DNA of 64,000 nt from Hydrolagus colliei. Lineage: Eukaryota. The stretch is taken from NCBI GenBank assembly GCA_035084275.1, contig CM068750.1, positions 10,230,001 to 10,294,000 on the forward strand, written 5' to 3'. Below the pieces are notes generated by a model. That model worked only from the letters and a program-made list of their open reading frames with translations. It was not told the origin of the DNA and made no database searches. Positions 1 to 11,406 of the stretch are shown piece by piece; position 1 is the first letter of the stretch, and each line of letters starts with the position of its first letter. A program made the translations under genes and the position numbers.

Positions 1-193
1 TTACCAATTCACAAAAGAAGCCGCATCTCACACCGACTGCCGTCCCAGAGAACACACATTCAACAAAACCTCACGAGTGCCAAGCCAACCTCGTGTCGGT
101 GCGCCTGTCTGCCTATCAATGTTTTCTTGGGTTTAAAGCGCAAAATATAATCCCGTCCGGCACAGCGAATGGAAATGTACTCGCTCGTGACGT

Positions 194-300
194 CCCCCCC
201 CCCCCCCCCCCCCGCACCCCTCCCCGCACCCCTCCCCCCCCACCCCCCGCACCCCTCCCCGCACCCCTCCCCCCCCCCCCCGCACCCCCCCACCCCTCCC
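194..300. repeat. C-rich low-complexity minisatellite (CCCCGCACCCCT-like units; G-quadruplex-prone on - strand)
   Basis: Long C runs interspersed with cgca/ct; explains the Pro/Gly-rich junk ORFs at 60-435. Confidence 0.85.
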
Positions 301-749
301 ATGAAAAATGTAAGAATGGCCCTGATAAATGTGACAGTAAATAATTCTGTTTTATTATTTGATTATGCGAGGTTGTGTGATTACAGGCTGAGCCCAGCTG
401 TCAGTGTGTTCAGTCAGGCTGGTGGGGGTGTGTGAGTGTGTGTGGGGGGTGGGGGGGGGGATCAGGGAAGCAATGTAAAGCTGTCAGGTTCTCGGGGATC
501 CCGGTAAGAAGTTCATCAGTGTCTTTTCCATCCTGACACTCGCACAACGTCGAGAGCGACGTCTGCTCTGCTCTGCTCTGCTCCGGCGATTGATCCACTT
601 GTGGGATCTGGGCACACGTGTGAGGAAGCTCTCGGTGCACTGACGTGACCCCTTTGCCCCCCTTTGCCTCGAATTAATCCGCGGACAGATATTTCAAAAT
701 AATGAAAATCGAGGAAAACCTCTGCGCGTTTGGCTGATGTCCAACAACT

Positions 750-830
750 TGTGTGTGTGTGTGAGAGTGAGTGAGTGAGTGAGAGTGAGTGTGTGTGCGT
801 CGGTGACGCAGGATGAGACTATTTAAAGGC
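750..830 (+). promoter_or_regulatory. Candidate gjd2 proximal promoter: (GT)/(GAGT) repeat followed by TATA-like TATTTAAA
   Basis: TATTTAAA at 820-827 about 300 nt upstream of the ATG within a CpG-rich region; position plausible but no transcript evidence. Confidence 0.3.
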
Positions 831-1120
831 AGATTATTAAAGCCCACATGACTCGAAAATCCACCTTCGTCCATTCAAACCATCTCATCCTCCTGTCCAA
901 AACGAGAGAGCTTACAGTGTATTTAATCGGGCAGTCAGCAGCAATGCATCGCTAGGCTTTGTCACGCTCGTATTCATTCAGTTCAGTGCCAACAGATTGT
1001 TTCGCCACGCTCTGTGTGGTTTGATTGGGTTGAGGGAGGAGGGGAAGTAAAGGAGTGACATTCGGAAGGACTGTGCGCTGGTTCCCGTCCTTTAGTGGTC
1101 TTACCTCCGGATGAACAACC

Positions 1121-1191
1121 ATGGGAGAATGGACGATTCTAGAGAGGCTGTTGGAGGCGGCTGTCCAGCAACATTCCACAATGATAGGAAG
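1121..1191 (+). CDS. gjd2: Gap junction delta-2 protein (connexin 35/36 type), coding exon 1
   Basis: ATG at 1121 in ACCATGG context; encodes MGEWTILERLLEAAVQQHSTMIG(R), the characteristic Cx35/36 N-terminus; 71-nt exon ends AG|gtgagt, matching the known single intron position in Cx35/36 genes. Confidence 0.96.
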
Positions 1192-1678
1192 GTGAGTGCT
1201 GAGTGAGATGTCTTCTGCAGTTTCAGCAAATCAGCCGTTAAAAGGCCGGGGACTGTAGCATGCGTTGGTCTGTTTATTTTTTTTAATCCCCCCCGCCCCC
1301 CCCCCCCCCCGCCCTTTTTGTTACAACATTATTGTAATCGTAACAACGGATCCACTAACTATTCGGCGAGTCAAACACTTTCAGCAGAAATAACCAATAA
1401 CCGAGGGGTGTGTGGTACACGATGGTATCATGTTGCTGTAACGAAAGATATAGCGGTAAACATGTGTTTGGGAGCAGGCAGTTGATGCTTAGCGCTTGTT
1501 AGACATTTATCTCCAGCCTTTCTTCACACGCCGACGCATACTCTGGGGGGTCGGGAAGACTGAGGTGGAGAGATTGTTTTTAATCAGTTAAAGGAATCAG
1601 GCAAAGGCATCTTTTGGGAATTGAGCCACAGATCAGCCATAAATCTGATACGATGTTAGATTATCTAACTAAACTTGA

Positions 1679-1923
1679 CTCTTGCCAACCTGCGCCTAAT
1701 ATATTCAGGAATTAGGTAAACAAGATGGGTTCCACCCCCCCCCCCCCCCCCCACCACCACCATTCCCCCTCCTCCCCCCCCCCAGGGACAGAGTGTATTC
1801 CATTACAACAGTCTGGAGTACCTGTACACGTCCATGTGTAAGTGAGATGCGGGGAAATCTCAGCTTGGTTTGGATGCTGTTAAGCATGGTGATGGATTTC
1901 CCCATGTGTCAGACACCAGGCTG
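1679..1923. mobile_element. Unclassified interspersed repeat, copy 1 (gjd2 intron)
   Basis: Reverse-complement similarity to 32125-32313 and 48860-49040 (shared GAAATCTCAGCTTGGTTT, TGTCAGACA, CCAGGGAGAG-like and AATTAGGTAA blocks). Confidence 0.65.
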
Positions 1924-2141
1924 CCCCCCACCCCCCCCCCCTCCCCCCCCCCCAATAAAATCCAGCCCTTCAGTACAGTCTGGTATATGGTTTGTTACAT
2001 AATCTAGACTGTGTCATATAAAATTGCTTGATTATTTTGGCAATTACATATGTACAGACGCAATGGTCCTGTCTTTCCCACGGCGCTGATCGGTCTGAGG
2101 ACCCCGATTTATTTAAAATATGGATTAAAATAGATTGGTAC

Positions 2142-2157
2142 AGTTAGTCAATCAGTC

Positions 2158-2188
<31 letters not shown>

Positions 2189-2201
2189 CAGTTAGTTAGT
2201 T
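2142..2201 (+). repeat. (TAGT)n/(GTTA)n microsatellite just upstream of the gjd2 exon-2 acceptor
   Basis: Visible tandem gttagttagtta with a few gtca variants ending about 23 nt before the 3' splice site. Confidence 0.9.
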
Positions 2202-2224
2202 GATGCTCTGTATTTGTTCTCCAG

Positions 2225-3053
2225 GATCTTGTTGACTGTGGTAGTGATCTTCCGAATCCTGATAGTGGCTATCGTTGGAGAGACTGTGTACGATGATGAA
2301 CAGACCATGTTTGCTTGCAACACTCTGCAGCCGGGCTGTAACCAGGCTTGCTACGACAAGGCGTTCCCCATCTCCCACATCCGCTACTGGGTCTTCCAGA
2401 TCATCATGGTGTGCACTCCCAGCCTCTGCTTCATCACTTACACGGTCCACCAGTCCTCCAAACAACGGGAGAGAAAATATGGCAACGTGTTCCTCACCGT
2501 GGACAGGGACGCGGACCTGATGATGAAGCGGGAAGACACTAAGAAGATTAAGAACACTGTGGTGAACGGGATTCTCCAGAACTCGGATAACTCGGCCAAA
2601 GCCGCAGAATCGCGGGAGACGGTCATCAGAAACAATAAGATGTCTAAGATCAGGACCCAGGAAGGCATCTCTCGCTTCTACATCATTCAGGTGGTTTTCA
2701 GAAACGCTTTAGAGATTGGCTTTCTGGTGGGGCAATATTTCCTGTACGGATTCAACGTCCCGTCCATGTACTCGTGTGACCGCTATCCCTGCATCAACGT
2801 GGTGGAGTGTTACGTGTCGAGACCGACCGAAAAGACCGTTTTCCTCGTGTTCATGTTTGCAGTAAGTGGCCTTTGCGTGGTCCTCAACCTTGCGGAACTC
2901 AATCACTTGGGCTGGAGGAAGATCAAGACGGCGGTGAGGGGGGCGAGGGCACGAAGGAAATCCATCGTGGAAATCAGGAACAAGGACACCCCACACCGAA
3001 TAGGTGTGCCGAACTTCGGGAGAACTCAGTCGAGCGATTCAGCGTATGTGTGA
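2225..3053 (+). CDS. gjd2: Gap junction delta-2 protein (connexin 35/36 type), coding exon 2
   Basis: Acceptor tttgttctccag|G at 2224/2225 restores the phase-2 Arg codon. ORF has connexin cysteine patterns ([14 protein letters not shown]; [20 protein letters not shown]) and Cx35/36 C-terminus [10 protein letters not shown]. Spliced CDS 900 nt = 299 aa. gjd2 rather than the gjd1/Cx34.7 paralog is preferred from [13 protein letters not shown]. Confidence 0.95.
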
Positions 3054-3068
3054 GATTCACACACACAA

Positions 3069-3268
3069 NNNNNNNNNNNNNNNNNNNNNNNNNNNNNNNN
3101 NNNNNNNNNNNNNNNNNNNNNNNNNNNNNNNNNNNNNNNNNNNNNNNNNNNNNNNNNNNNNNNNNNNNNNNNNNNNNNNNNNNNNNNNNNNNNNNNNNNN
3201 NNNNNNNNNNNNNNNNNNNNNNNNNNNNNNNNNNNNNNNNNNNNNNNNNNNNNNNNNNNNNNNNNNNN
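3069..3268. other. Assembly gap (200 N)
   Basis: Run of N; sequence after the gap re-states 3021-3068 with insertion errors. Confidence 0.99.
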
Positions 3269-5304
3269 AGAACTCAGTCGAGGCGATTCAGCGTATGGTG
3301 TGAGATGTCACAGCTCACACGAGGCACTCACAGAGCCCCTCGCCCCCCCCCTCCCCCGCCCGTCCTTGCCATTTATGAATGATTTCATGCCTATGTCCAT
3401 CTAAACGTTTCATGGCAATGTTTTTTTTACAGAGTAAATGGGCGTGTGATAACAGCCTGTTGATGACTTGCCCGTTTTGGAAACTGCCAAAGGATATCCA
3501 TCGTAATTTAAGTGTTTCAAATGTATATCCAACGCAGAATAATAATTCTGCTTTGGTGGGGGTGGGGTGGGGGGGTGGGGGGTGGGTGGGGGGAAGAGAA
3601 GGATAGTAACTTACTTGTTTATTTTTAATTATTCATCTTCTTTCTTCCTCTGTTTGGCTGTGCATTTCTTAAAAATTCTCTCGATATAAAAGTTGCATCC
3701 GGTAACGCAAGATCTTTGTGTGGGGGTGGGGGGGGGGGGGGGGGTAAAATACGAATCCAAGTAAATTGCACGATAGCGAAAGTGCAGGTGTGGGAAGGCT
3801 AGATAATCTGCAATCAGCGTCCACACATTGTATTTGCCACGACTGGTGGATTTCATACCATTCATACTTGTGTAGATTGATGCAATGTTTATAGTAACTG
3901 GTATTATTAATGACTCGACCTGTGTGTCTGTTATATCAGGGGTGGGGGGGGGGAGGGGGGAAGCTTCTGTACTTGTTTCTCTACGTGCGATATGTTTCAG
4001 GATTGGCAGATGTGTTCTGCTTTTTAAGGTGTGCGTTTTAGCCCTGGCTTGTACAATCCAACACACACACAACCATTCCAGCCAGCTGGACACACACATA
4101 TATACACACACACACACACACAAACATGGACATTTTCTTCTTGACGTATAAGTTCAGTTCAAACCCAACGACTAGAATTCATTCAGCTCTTTATCATGTA
4201 ACCTGTGGTTTTTTTTTTTGCTGCTGTGATTTAAAGTTCAGTGTTTTACTTTCGCCTGTTAGTTCACACCATTGACCTTAATCGACGTCAACGTTTCTTA
4301 TTGCGAGTAGATTCGAGACCCCCCCCCCCCCCCACCCCCCTCACCCCCCAAAACGAAGAACTTTTTTTTAACATTGTGAGAAAACCTTTTTTTTTTAATT
4401 TTACATTTTCAAAGCAAAAAATTGTTAAGAGATATTATCGCAGTCAGTCAGGTTATTCCAGAGAACGTGAGAAACCGTACAGCTCGGAGGACCAAAGCCC
4501 TGGCGGTCAGCGAATTTAATTATTATTCCCCTCCCCACCTTTATTTATTGTGGACCTTTTCTCTATGGTAAATGTTCTCCTGTCGGTCTGTGTTGTTTCC
4601 TAAGTGCCACACCTTGGACAGACAATTTGACTTAAAGCGCAAAAAAATATCCAACTCTCTCCGAACTTGACCAACCGACAAGTTTGAAGCCGCTTTGTAA
4701 TGTGTGTGCTCGCCTGTCCTCCCGTGTTCACCTGCATGGATTTCTAACGCAACACGTAGATTTGTTCAGTAAAATGCTTGGTGTCCTGACTTCATCTGTT
4801 TTGTTGCCCACTGTGAACAATAGAAGTGAAGGTGTTTCGCCCTCAACCCTAAATCGTCACGATTGCAAACCTCCGCAAGGTTAAGAGCGACTCCTGCTAA
4901 AGAGACCTGGTTGGTTTCTGGCATGTTGGTTTGCAGTGGAGGGAGATACTGTACTGTATTTACAGTACCGAGGGTCGATGGTGACAGGTCGTAAATACAT
5001 AGAAACAGTCAGATGTTAAACGAAAATGGCTGAATGTAGAAGGAGGGAAACGATAGTAAGAACGATAGTAATAACTTGCAATTGGAATATGCCCGTGGCC
5101 ACACTTGTCAATGGAGGTGTTTGGGGGAGTTGGGTAACTCCATAAATAACCTAATACTGTATAGAGTTTCATTGCACCCATAGTAACATTTCTAGCAAGG
5201 AATGATTTCAAGGCCAAGTGTATTGTGATGCATTTTTACAAACGTATTTACATTATTTCTACTGTATGTTCCGTTACATGAAAATAATTATTATCTTTAT
5301 AACA

Positions 5305-5337
5305 AATAAATCGCAATACAAATCGTATTGGAATAAA
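5305..5337 (+). terminator. Candidate gjd2 polyadenylation signals (two AATAAA)
   Basis: AATAAA at 5305-5310 and 5332-5337 after a TE-free ~2.2-kb putative 3'UTR, with T/GT-rich sequence downstream. Not verifiable from sequence alone. Confidence 0.35.
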
Positions 5338-5589
5338 GAATTAACATTTGACTGTTTCTGTGAAATCATACCCTCTCCCCTTCTGACTCTTGTCTTGACA
5401 TCACTTTCGAATCTGCAGGTTAATGGAGATTAGGTATTGATATAACAGGTTTATGGTTGATATAGGAATTAGGTCAATTTGGGTGACAAGATAATATTCC
5501 TTTGGCTTTTATTCCACTGGTACATTTCTGACTCCACCAGAATTTTAAAAAAATTACAACATGCGGGAAATACACATGCAATAACTACA

Positions 5590-5702
5590 TAGTTATACAT
5601 ACACCACAATAATACACATACCACAATATTACACGCACACACCACAATAATGTATACATACACCACAATATTACATACACCACAATAATACATACAACAC
5701 AT
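5590..5702. repeat. Degenerate ~20-22-bp minisatellite (CACCACAATA core)
   Basis: About five copies of (c/t)accacaata separated by acatac/acacgcac spacers. Confidence 0.75.
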
Positions 5703-8317
5703 TGCATAGAATGTGTTGTATTCTATGAGTGATAATACATTACAATTGTAAAATCAAGCAGAAATACGTGCACCAATCTCAGCCGAATGTTTCACCAGAA
5801 ACGCACATCTCATAGTTAACATTTACATATACCGTATATTGGATGACTGAATCATTGATAATTGAAATAATTTTTTTTCCACTCTTTGGACCCTCGTGAC
5901 AAATAATAACATTGACCCAAAACAGACATATTTTATATTTCAATATGTTTCTTGCTGTAGGCCTACCAGCTGCCATACAGATCCCTCAACCCTACTCAGT
6001 TGTAAACCAAAGAAGGGATTTTTTTGAGTCTTGCCAGTCGCTTTGGTGAACACAAAAGCTGCTGGGAACCTGGAAAATGTACTGCCAAACAATGGCAACA
6101 TCTGCTGGTAATGCTGAGGATAATGCTCACATATTGTGGTGTTTTTCAAAGGATGATGATGATAACACACATAATGTAGAATCTAAGGTAATTTATTTGC
6201 ATATAATGCCAATTTGTTCGATTTTACCATTTGACTGAGTTTTATGAAAGCAGAACTTAGTCCAAAATAGCGTCTTAGTCCAAAATTGAGTGGCAGAGCA
6301 GAGGAAACCTAAATAATGACTAAATAAGTGCAACCAAAATTTAACAGTTCATTTGTGACAGAACACTATAGGATACATAGAACTTAAAATGCACCGAGAT
6401 AGGAGAACAAGGAAGTCATTTATACTCACCAGTGCTTTGTTGCTTCATAATTGGAATGTGTGTTTTTCTTCTAATATGTGTTGAGCTTTCACAAAGCGCA
6501 CTTGTCCTGCTGAGCCAACAGATTGACGGTAAAACAGTGGCCACAAGAATAAAACATCTGTGTAACAGCTCAACAACTCCTTCTGCTGCATTCTTATTCA
6601 TTCGTGTCCAAATATGTTTCCCAAAACATTTCCCTGTCGACTTCCAGTAAACTAAAAAAATGGATTAGCAAAGCTTTAAAGCACCATATTCATTCTAACC
6701 AATTCAGGATGTTAAATATCATCAGCTAGACTTTCATATGAGGGAATAGGAGGCTTTGGAAATTGGTAAAGAATGGGTGGAGATTTGTATGGAGTACAAA
6801 CACGAGTATGGACTGATTGGGCTGAATGGCCGGTTTCCATGCTGTAATGGTTTGTAAATTATTGAATACTGTTAATCACTCCAAGACTCAACCCTTGCAA
6901 GTTGTTTTGTTATTGGATGTGAGAGAAATAAATAATCTTCTTTCTAATTTGTAGATAGAACATTTTCTTAAAAAAGTAGATTGCTGCTTTAGGAAGGGAT
7001 CAGATGCTTACAAATGTAAGTCACAAAAATAAAACAGCATTATTTTCAAACTGAAAACATTTTTATTAAATGCAAGTTTAATGTTCAGCAAGCTGCTGAA
7101 ATCAATATGGACTTCACACATATTGGTCCCAAGTTTTTAATTGTATTCCCAAGATGCCAAATACTTAACTACCAAAGGTTTCTGAGCAGCTGGTTTAGAC
7201 TGAGGATCAGTGGATGTAAGTTGAAACGATCAGGGCTGCGTCAGCAAAATGGGCCCTGGGAGATTGTGGAATCAGGGACTGGTGAGTCTGATAGATCGAC
7301 AGTGATGGAGGATTGGCACAATTGGGTTAGGTTGAGATCAAAAGCTGATACATGGTATGAGTGGAAGCAGATGCCAGTGGACCTACAAATTATTAATTTC
7401 AGAGAAACGGCCAGCATGAATCTAAAGCAAAAAACGGCTTAAGCAAGAAGTAGAAGCCATGTTGCTTATGTTGCTTAAAATAGATATCCTGCAGTGATGT
7501 GCTAATCCTCTTTTGGCTCTGGCTTGGAGTAGATTACTGATTCAGGCTAAGTAGAAATGTGTTTGGTTTAGAATGAGTATTACAATTCAGTCCATTCCTT
7601 GTTCCTTCAGGTTGATTTGAGTAGTTTCTTAATTTTGTGGGTTTATTATCCACACGAAGATACATTTTTGTCCAGACTAACCATTGGCTTGGTTAATTTT
7701 CCTAATTTTGTTCAATTAGTTGCTGGAAATACACAGTTCAAAGATGCAGCGAAGATTTGTTTAGCAGTGTTAAATAATGCAAGCAAAGTTACCCCTGTGA
7801 AATAAGTATTTTGGTAAAGAGAAACATGGAAGAGATAAGACAAGCTTTAAATTAGGATAATGGCAGAAGTCTATTTTATATTATTCATATGAATAATCAG
7901 AATGACATTGCAACTTGCTGCTTTTCATATTTTTGCCAATTTTAATGCTGAGTTCACAATAACCCTTACTGAAGAGGTTGTGTTTGTAACCACTTAGTTT
8001 AGGCAATGTATAATTAAAAGATACAACACAGCTGGTAGCTGTTTCTACCAAGCAATTTGTGGGAAGATCAACCAGTGAATTAAACTTTATAGATTCCGTG
8101 GATGAAGTGACCTTGCTTTATCATGAGGTAAATTGAGAATACTGTACTGTATTGGCCGTCCTCTTGCACTGTGCTTACAGTCACGTCCGTCCGTGGTTGA
8201 GTGTCCACCCTGTTAAGTATTGTGAGACCCTTATCACATAGACGGCGCTATATAAACAAACGTTGTTGTTGTGCTGGTTTATAACATGGTTCTACAATAT
8301 CTTTGTTTTGTAATATT

Positions 8318-8620
8318 AATAATAATCTGTACATTTGATATAGTGCATTTCATGTCTTCTAGCCATCTCAAAGCACTTCACAGAATATACTGTGAAGTGA
8401 ATCGACTTTATATTTGTGGGCAAAATGTAGCAGCCAATTGCGCACAACAGTGTCCCATGTCCCATAAACAGTCATGGATTGAAATGGCCAATTTTTTTTG
8501 AGGGATTATTATTAGGCATGTGGAGTAAGGAAACTTGCCCAAGGTTTCACATTGCCTGGAATTGATCCCAGGTGTCTCACTTGTAAGGTGAGTGCTCTAA
8601 TCACTGAGCCACATGACTCC
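8318..8620 (-). mobile_element. tRNA-derived SINE with L2-type 3' tail (dominant family), near full length
   Basis: Reverse complement: GGAGTCATGTGGCTCAGTG tRNA head, CCTTGGGCAAGTTTCCTTACTCCAC body, GCAATTGGCTGC block, L2-like stem-loop tail ending (ATT)n. Confidence 0.85.
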
Positions 8621-9210
8621 ACATTTTTCAATTGTTTCCTCCCACCTGCATTGCCCATTACTTGAATTGTTATTCTGATTCTGCCTTCAGAACAGAAGAT
8701 GGAATAAACTAGAATGCATAATTCCTCATGGCAAGCATCACTGCTAATTCCAGGATAAACCATCTAATCGCTTTTTCAGGTAAATATGTGGTACACTAAT
8801 ATCCTTTGCTAAAAGCAGTAGTGTATGAGAAGATGTAACATAACATGAGGCGACAGTGAAATAATTATATGTATCCCAGCCCACTGGACACCTGTCTGTT
8901 GGTTCTGAACTTATTAACTGGTTTGGAGGAAAGCTATTGGCATCCAGGACCAGAACAATTATTGGTTTGTATTCTTACATGAGAGTTTCACTCTGTGCAT
9001 ACATGAAGAAGGGAATTGTCTTTTGACACAAGAAATCAGTCTGCTTATTTCTCATTGCAGTTCAGATCTAGGGTCTTGAATTTCGATTCTGAGGATCTTT
9101 ACATTTACACAATACAACATTTGCAAATATAATTCTGATTGTTGTGACAAAATATTGCCTTCCAACATGTTTTCCCACATTAAACAAAGATGTTGAAACA
9201 ACATTGAGGG

Positions 9211-9671
9211 ATTGAGGGACTTCAGCTATGAGGAGAGGCTAGATAGGCTCGGGTTATTCTCTCTGGAGCAGAGAAGATTGAGGGAGACGTAATAGAGGTT
9301 TATAAGATCATGAGGGGTTTCGACAGGGCAAATAGAGAAAAACTATTTCCACTCGTGGGTGAATCTGTGACTCGTGGTCACAGATTTAAAATAGTTTCAA
9401 GGCGAAGTAGAGGGGAGCTGAGGAGAAATTTTTTCACTCAGCGAGTTGTTCTAATCTGGAATGCATTGCCTGAAAAGGTGGTGGAGGCTGATTCGATAAC
9501 AACTTTTAAAAGGGAATTAGATCTTTATTTAGGGAGAACAGGTCTATTAGGCTATGGGGAGCGGGAGGGGAGGGGGATTGAATCGCTCTTTTCAAAGAGC
9601 CGGCACAGACTAGATGGGCCGAATGGCCTCCTTTTGTGCCGTAAAATTCTATGAATCTATGAATTCTATGA
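9211..9671 (+). mobile_element. CR1-clade LINE, 5'-truncated 3' fragment (ORF2 C-terminus + 3'UTR)
   Basis: Translates LRDFSYEERLDRLGLFSLEQRRLR..VIEVYKIMRGFDR...RGHRFK...RRNFFTQRVVLIWNALP (one frameshift), typical of the CR1 ORF2 end; GGGCCGAATGGCCT 3'UTR and (ATTCTATGA)-like terminal repeats. Confidence 0.92.
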
Positions 9672-11268
9672 AAAAAACTTAAATGAAGCATTTATGTTGC
9701 GAAATCCAAGGTAAATCTAGGTAAAAGTTAATATTATGAAATAGTTCTAAGACAGGATAGAGATGTGGAGTAGAAGACTTGGAAATCTGCCATTTGGTCC
9801 TGATCTGTAATGGAATGAGTGATATCCAATTAAAGAATTGTTATTTGTATCTATGATACACCATCCCACTTACATAAGATAAACTCAGAAATCCGAGCTA
9901 TATGCATCATGTGGTTGCCTTAATCACATTGTAGGGTGTGCTGGTCTTGATTAAAAGTACTAGATACTGTGCATGTTTCTTTGTGTGGCCAGTAGCTTAA
10001 GAAATATTTATATATAAAAATAATAGAATTGCTGGTGATTGGTTCCTATGACTTATCATATCGTTATTGCTCCTTTGAATGTCCTCCCGACATGAAAGAA
10101 GCTCTAGAAATGTAATTTTATTGTAGTTATCGTTGCCCCATTGCGATATAATCAAACATTGAAAATAGAAGAGGTTGTGAAATTGTTTGAGAAAAAAAAT
10201 TGCAGGACCTATATTGTTATTTCTCCTCAAATATTTAGGGCTTGAAGCATCTGAGTGCTCCAGAGAGTATCTTAAGAGGGTCAGCCAGTGAATCTCTATT
10301 GGAATGGTTGGAATAAAAGGCACAATGAGAGAGAGAAACTGAGGGCGATGCATCACCATTTGTACTAATTCCATCGTTAGGGTTAGGGTTAACTCTAACC
10401 CTATATATTTTGCGTATATATTTTGTTACATAAAAGTTTCAATTTAAGAATATGTTAGTAGGGGATGGAGAGCATTAACTCCGAAGCTCTCTTTCATATC
10501 TGCAGATTGCAACATAAGGTGTTTCAAACAGCATGAGGAAATTGAATGTTTTCATGGATTGTTTTAATCCCTAATAAAAAATAAAAATAGGGCAATCCTT
10601 TAAACATGTCTCAGTGACATTGTGTTTCAATGTTGCTTTCCCTTTGCCTACAATAGATAAGAATAATATACCATATTAGTGTTGAAAGCATTTCATTCCA
10701 ATCACTGAAAGCAGTTATCCTTAATCCTTTCTCCTAGCCAACAAGTTTCATTTGAACATCTGTCTCTGTCACAAGTCTTCTATTGATGTTATATATTGAA
10801 ACCAAATCATGTGGAATAAAAAGCTTACATTTTGCTATGCATGTGCGTATATTCCAGATTTCCATCCTTTCCAGAGAAATCCATTCGTAGTTAGATAAAT
10901 AGTTCAATTCATTTGCTAATACAAACAGTAAAACTAGATTTTTGCTAGAGTAAATAAAATACTTTCTATGTAAAGTAATTCCATCTTCTGTATCTCCTCA
11001 CTATGATATATGTGCTGACACCATTATTGGCTTCTCTCCAGCTATTTGATGCTTGTTTATTTTACCTTTTATTTTCTCAATTTTAAGACCACGTTAATAG
11101 AATTTCCCAATTCTGATCATTACTGCGATGAACCTTTCTTTTTTCACAAAGGATTTAAAAAATAAATTTAGAGATTATAATATCTATTGGCTGAAATCCT
11201 TGTGTAGTAAAAAAAAATGTGTCACATACACACGTGTGATTCTTCAGGCAGGCAGAGAATGTACCATA

Positions 11269-11406
11269 AACAAAACGCAAAATACTACAAATGCTGGAAA
11301 TCTGAATCAAAAACAGAAGTTGCTGGGAAAACTCAGCAGGTCAGGCAGCATCCATGGAGAAAGGAAAGCGCGTCAACATTTTGGGTCCACGACCCTTCGT
11401 CAGAAC
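11269..11406 (-). mobile_element. Short Penelope-like non-autonomous element with minimal hammerhead-ribozyme core, copy 1
   Basis: Minus strand reads gttCTGACGAAGGGTCGTGGACCCAAAATGTTGAC...CTCCATGGATGCTGCCTGACCTGCTGAG...TCCAGCATTTGTAGTATTTTGCGTTTTGTT; homologous to 35673-35769 and 60765-60904. Confidence 0.75.

Noticed and set aside
60-435. Pro-rich and Gly-rich ORFs
   Set aside because: Translations of the C-homopolymer minisatellite; no splice or homology support.
672-692. REST/RE1-like site (CCGCGGACAG) upstream of gjd2
   Set aside because: Only the right half-site core matches; the TTCAGCAC left half is absent, so it cannot be called without a PWM scan and conservation.
2214-2224. TTG start of the 279-aa ORF in the track
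   Set aside because: These bases are the intron acceptor; the true start is the ATG at 1121.
3269-3320. Second connexin gene or pseudogene tail
   Set aside because: Best explained as an error-containing contig overlap next to the N gap.
5590-5702. Repeat-spacer pattern reminiscent of CRISPR
   Set aside because: Eukaryotic context, 10-bp core and self-similar spacers: a degenerate minisatellite.
9310-9654. 114-aa ORF as a host gene
   Set aside because: It is the C-terminus of a truncated CR1 ORF2.
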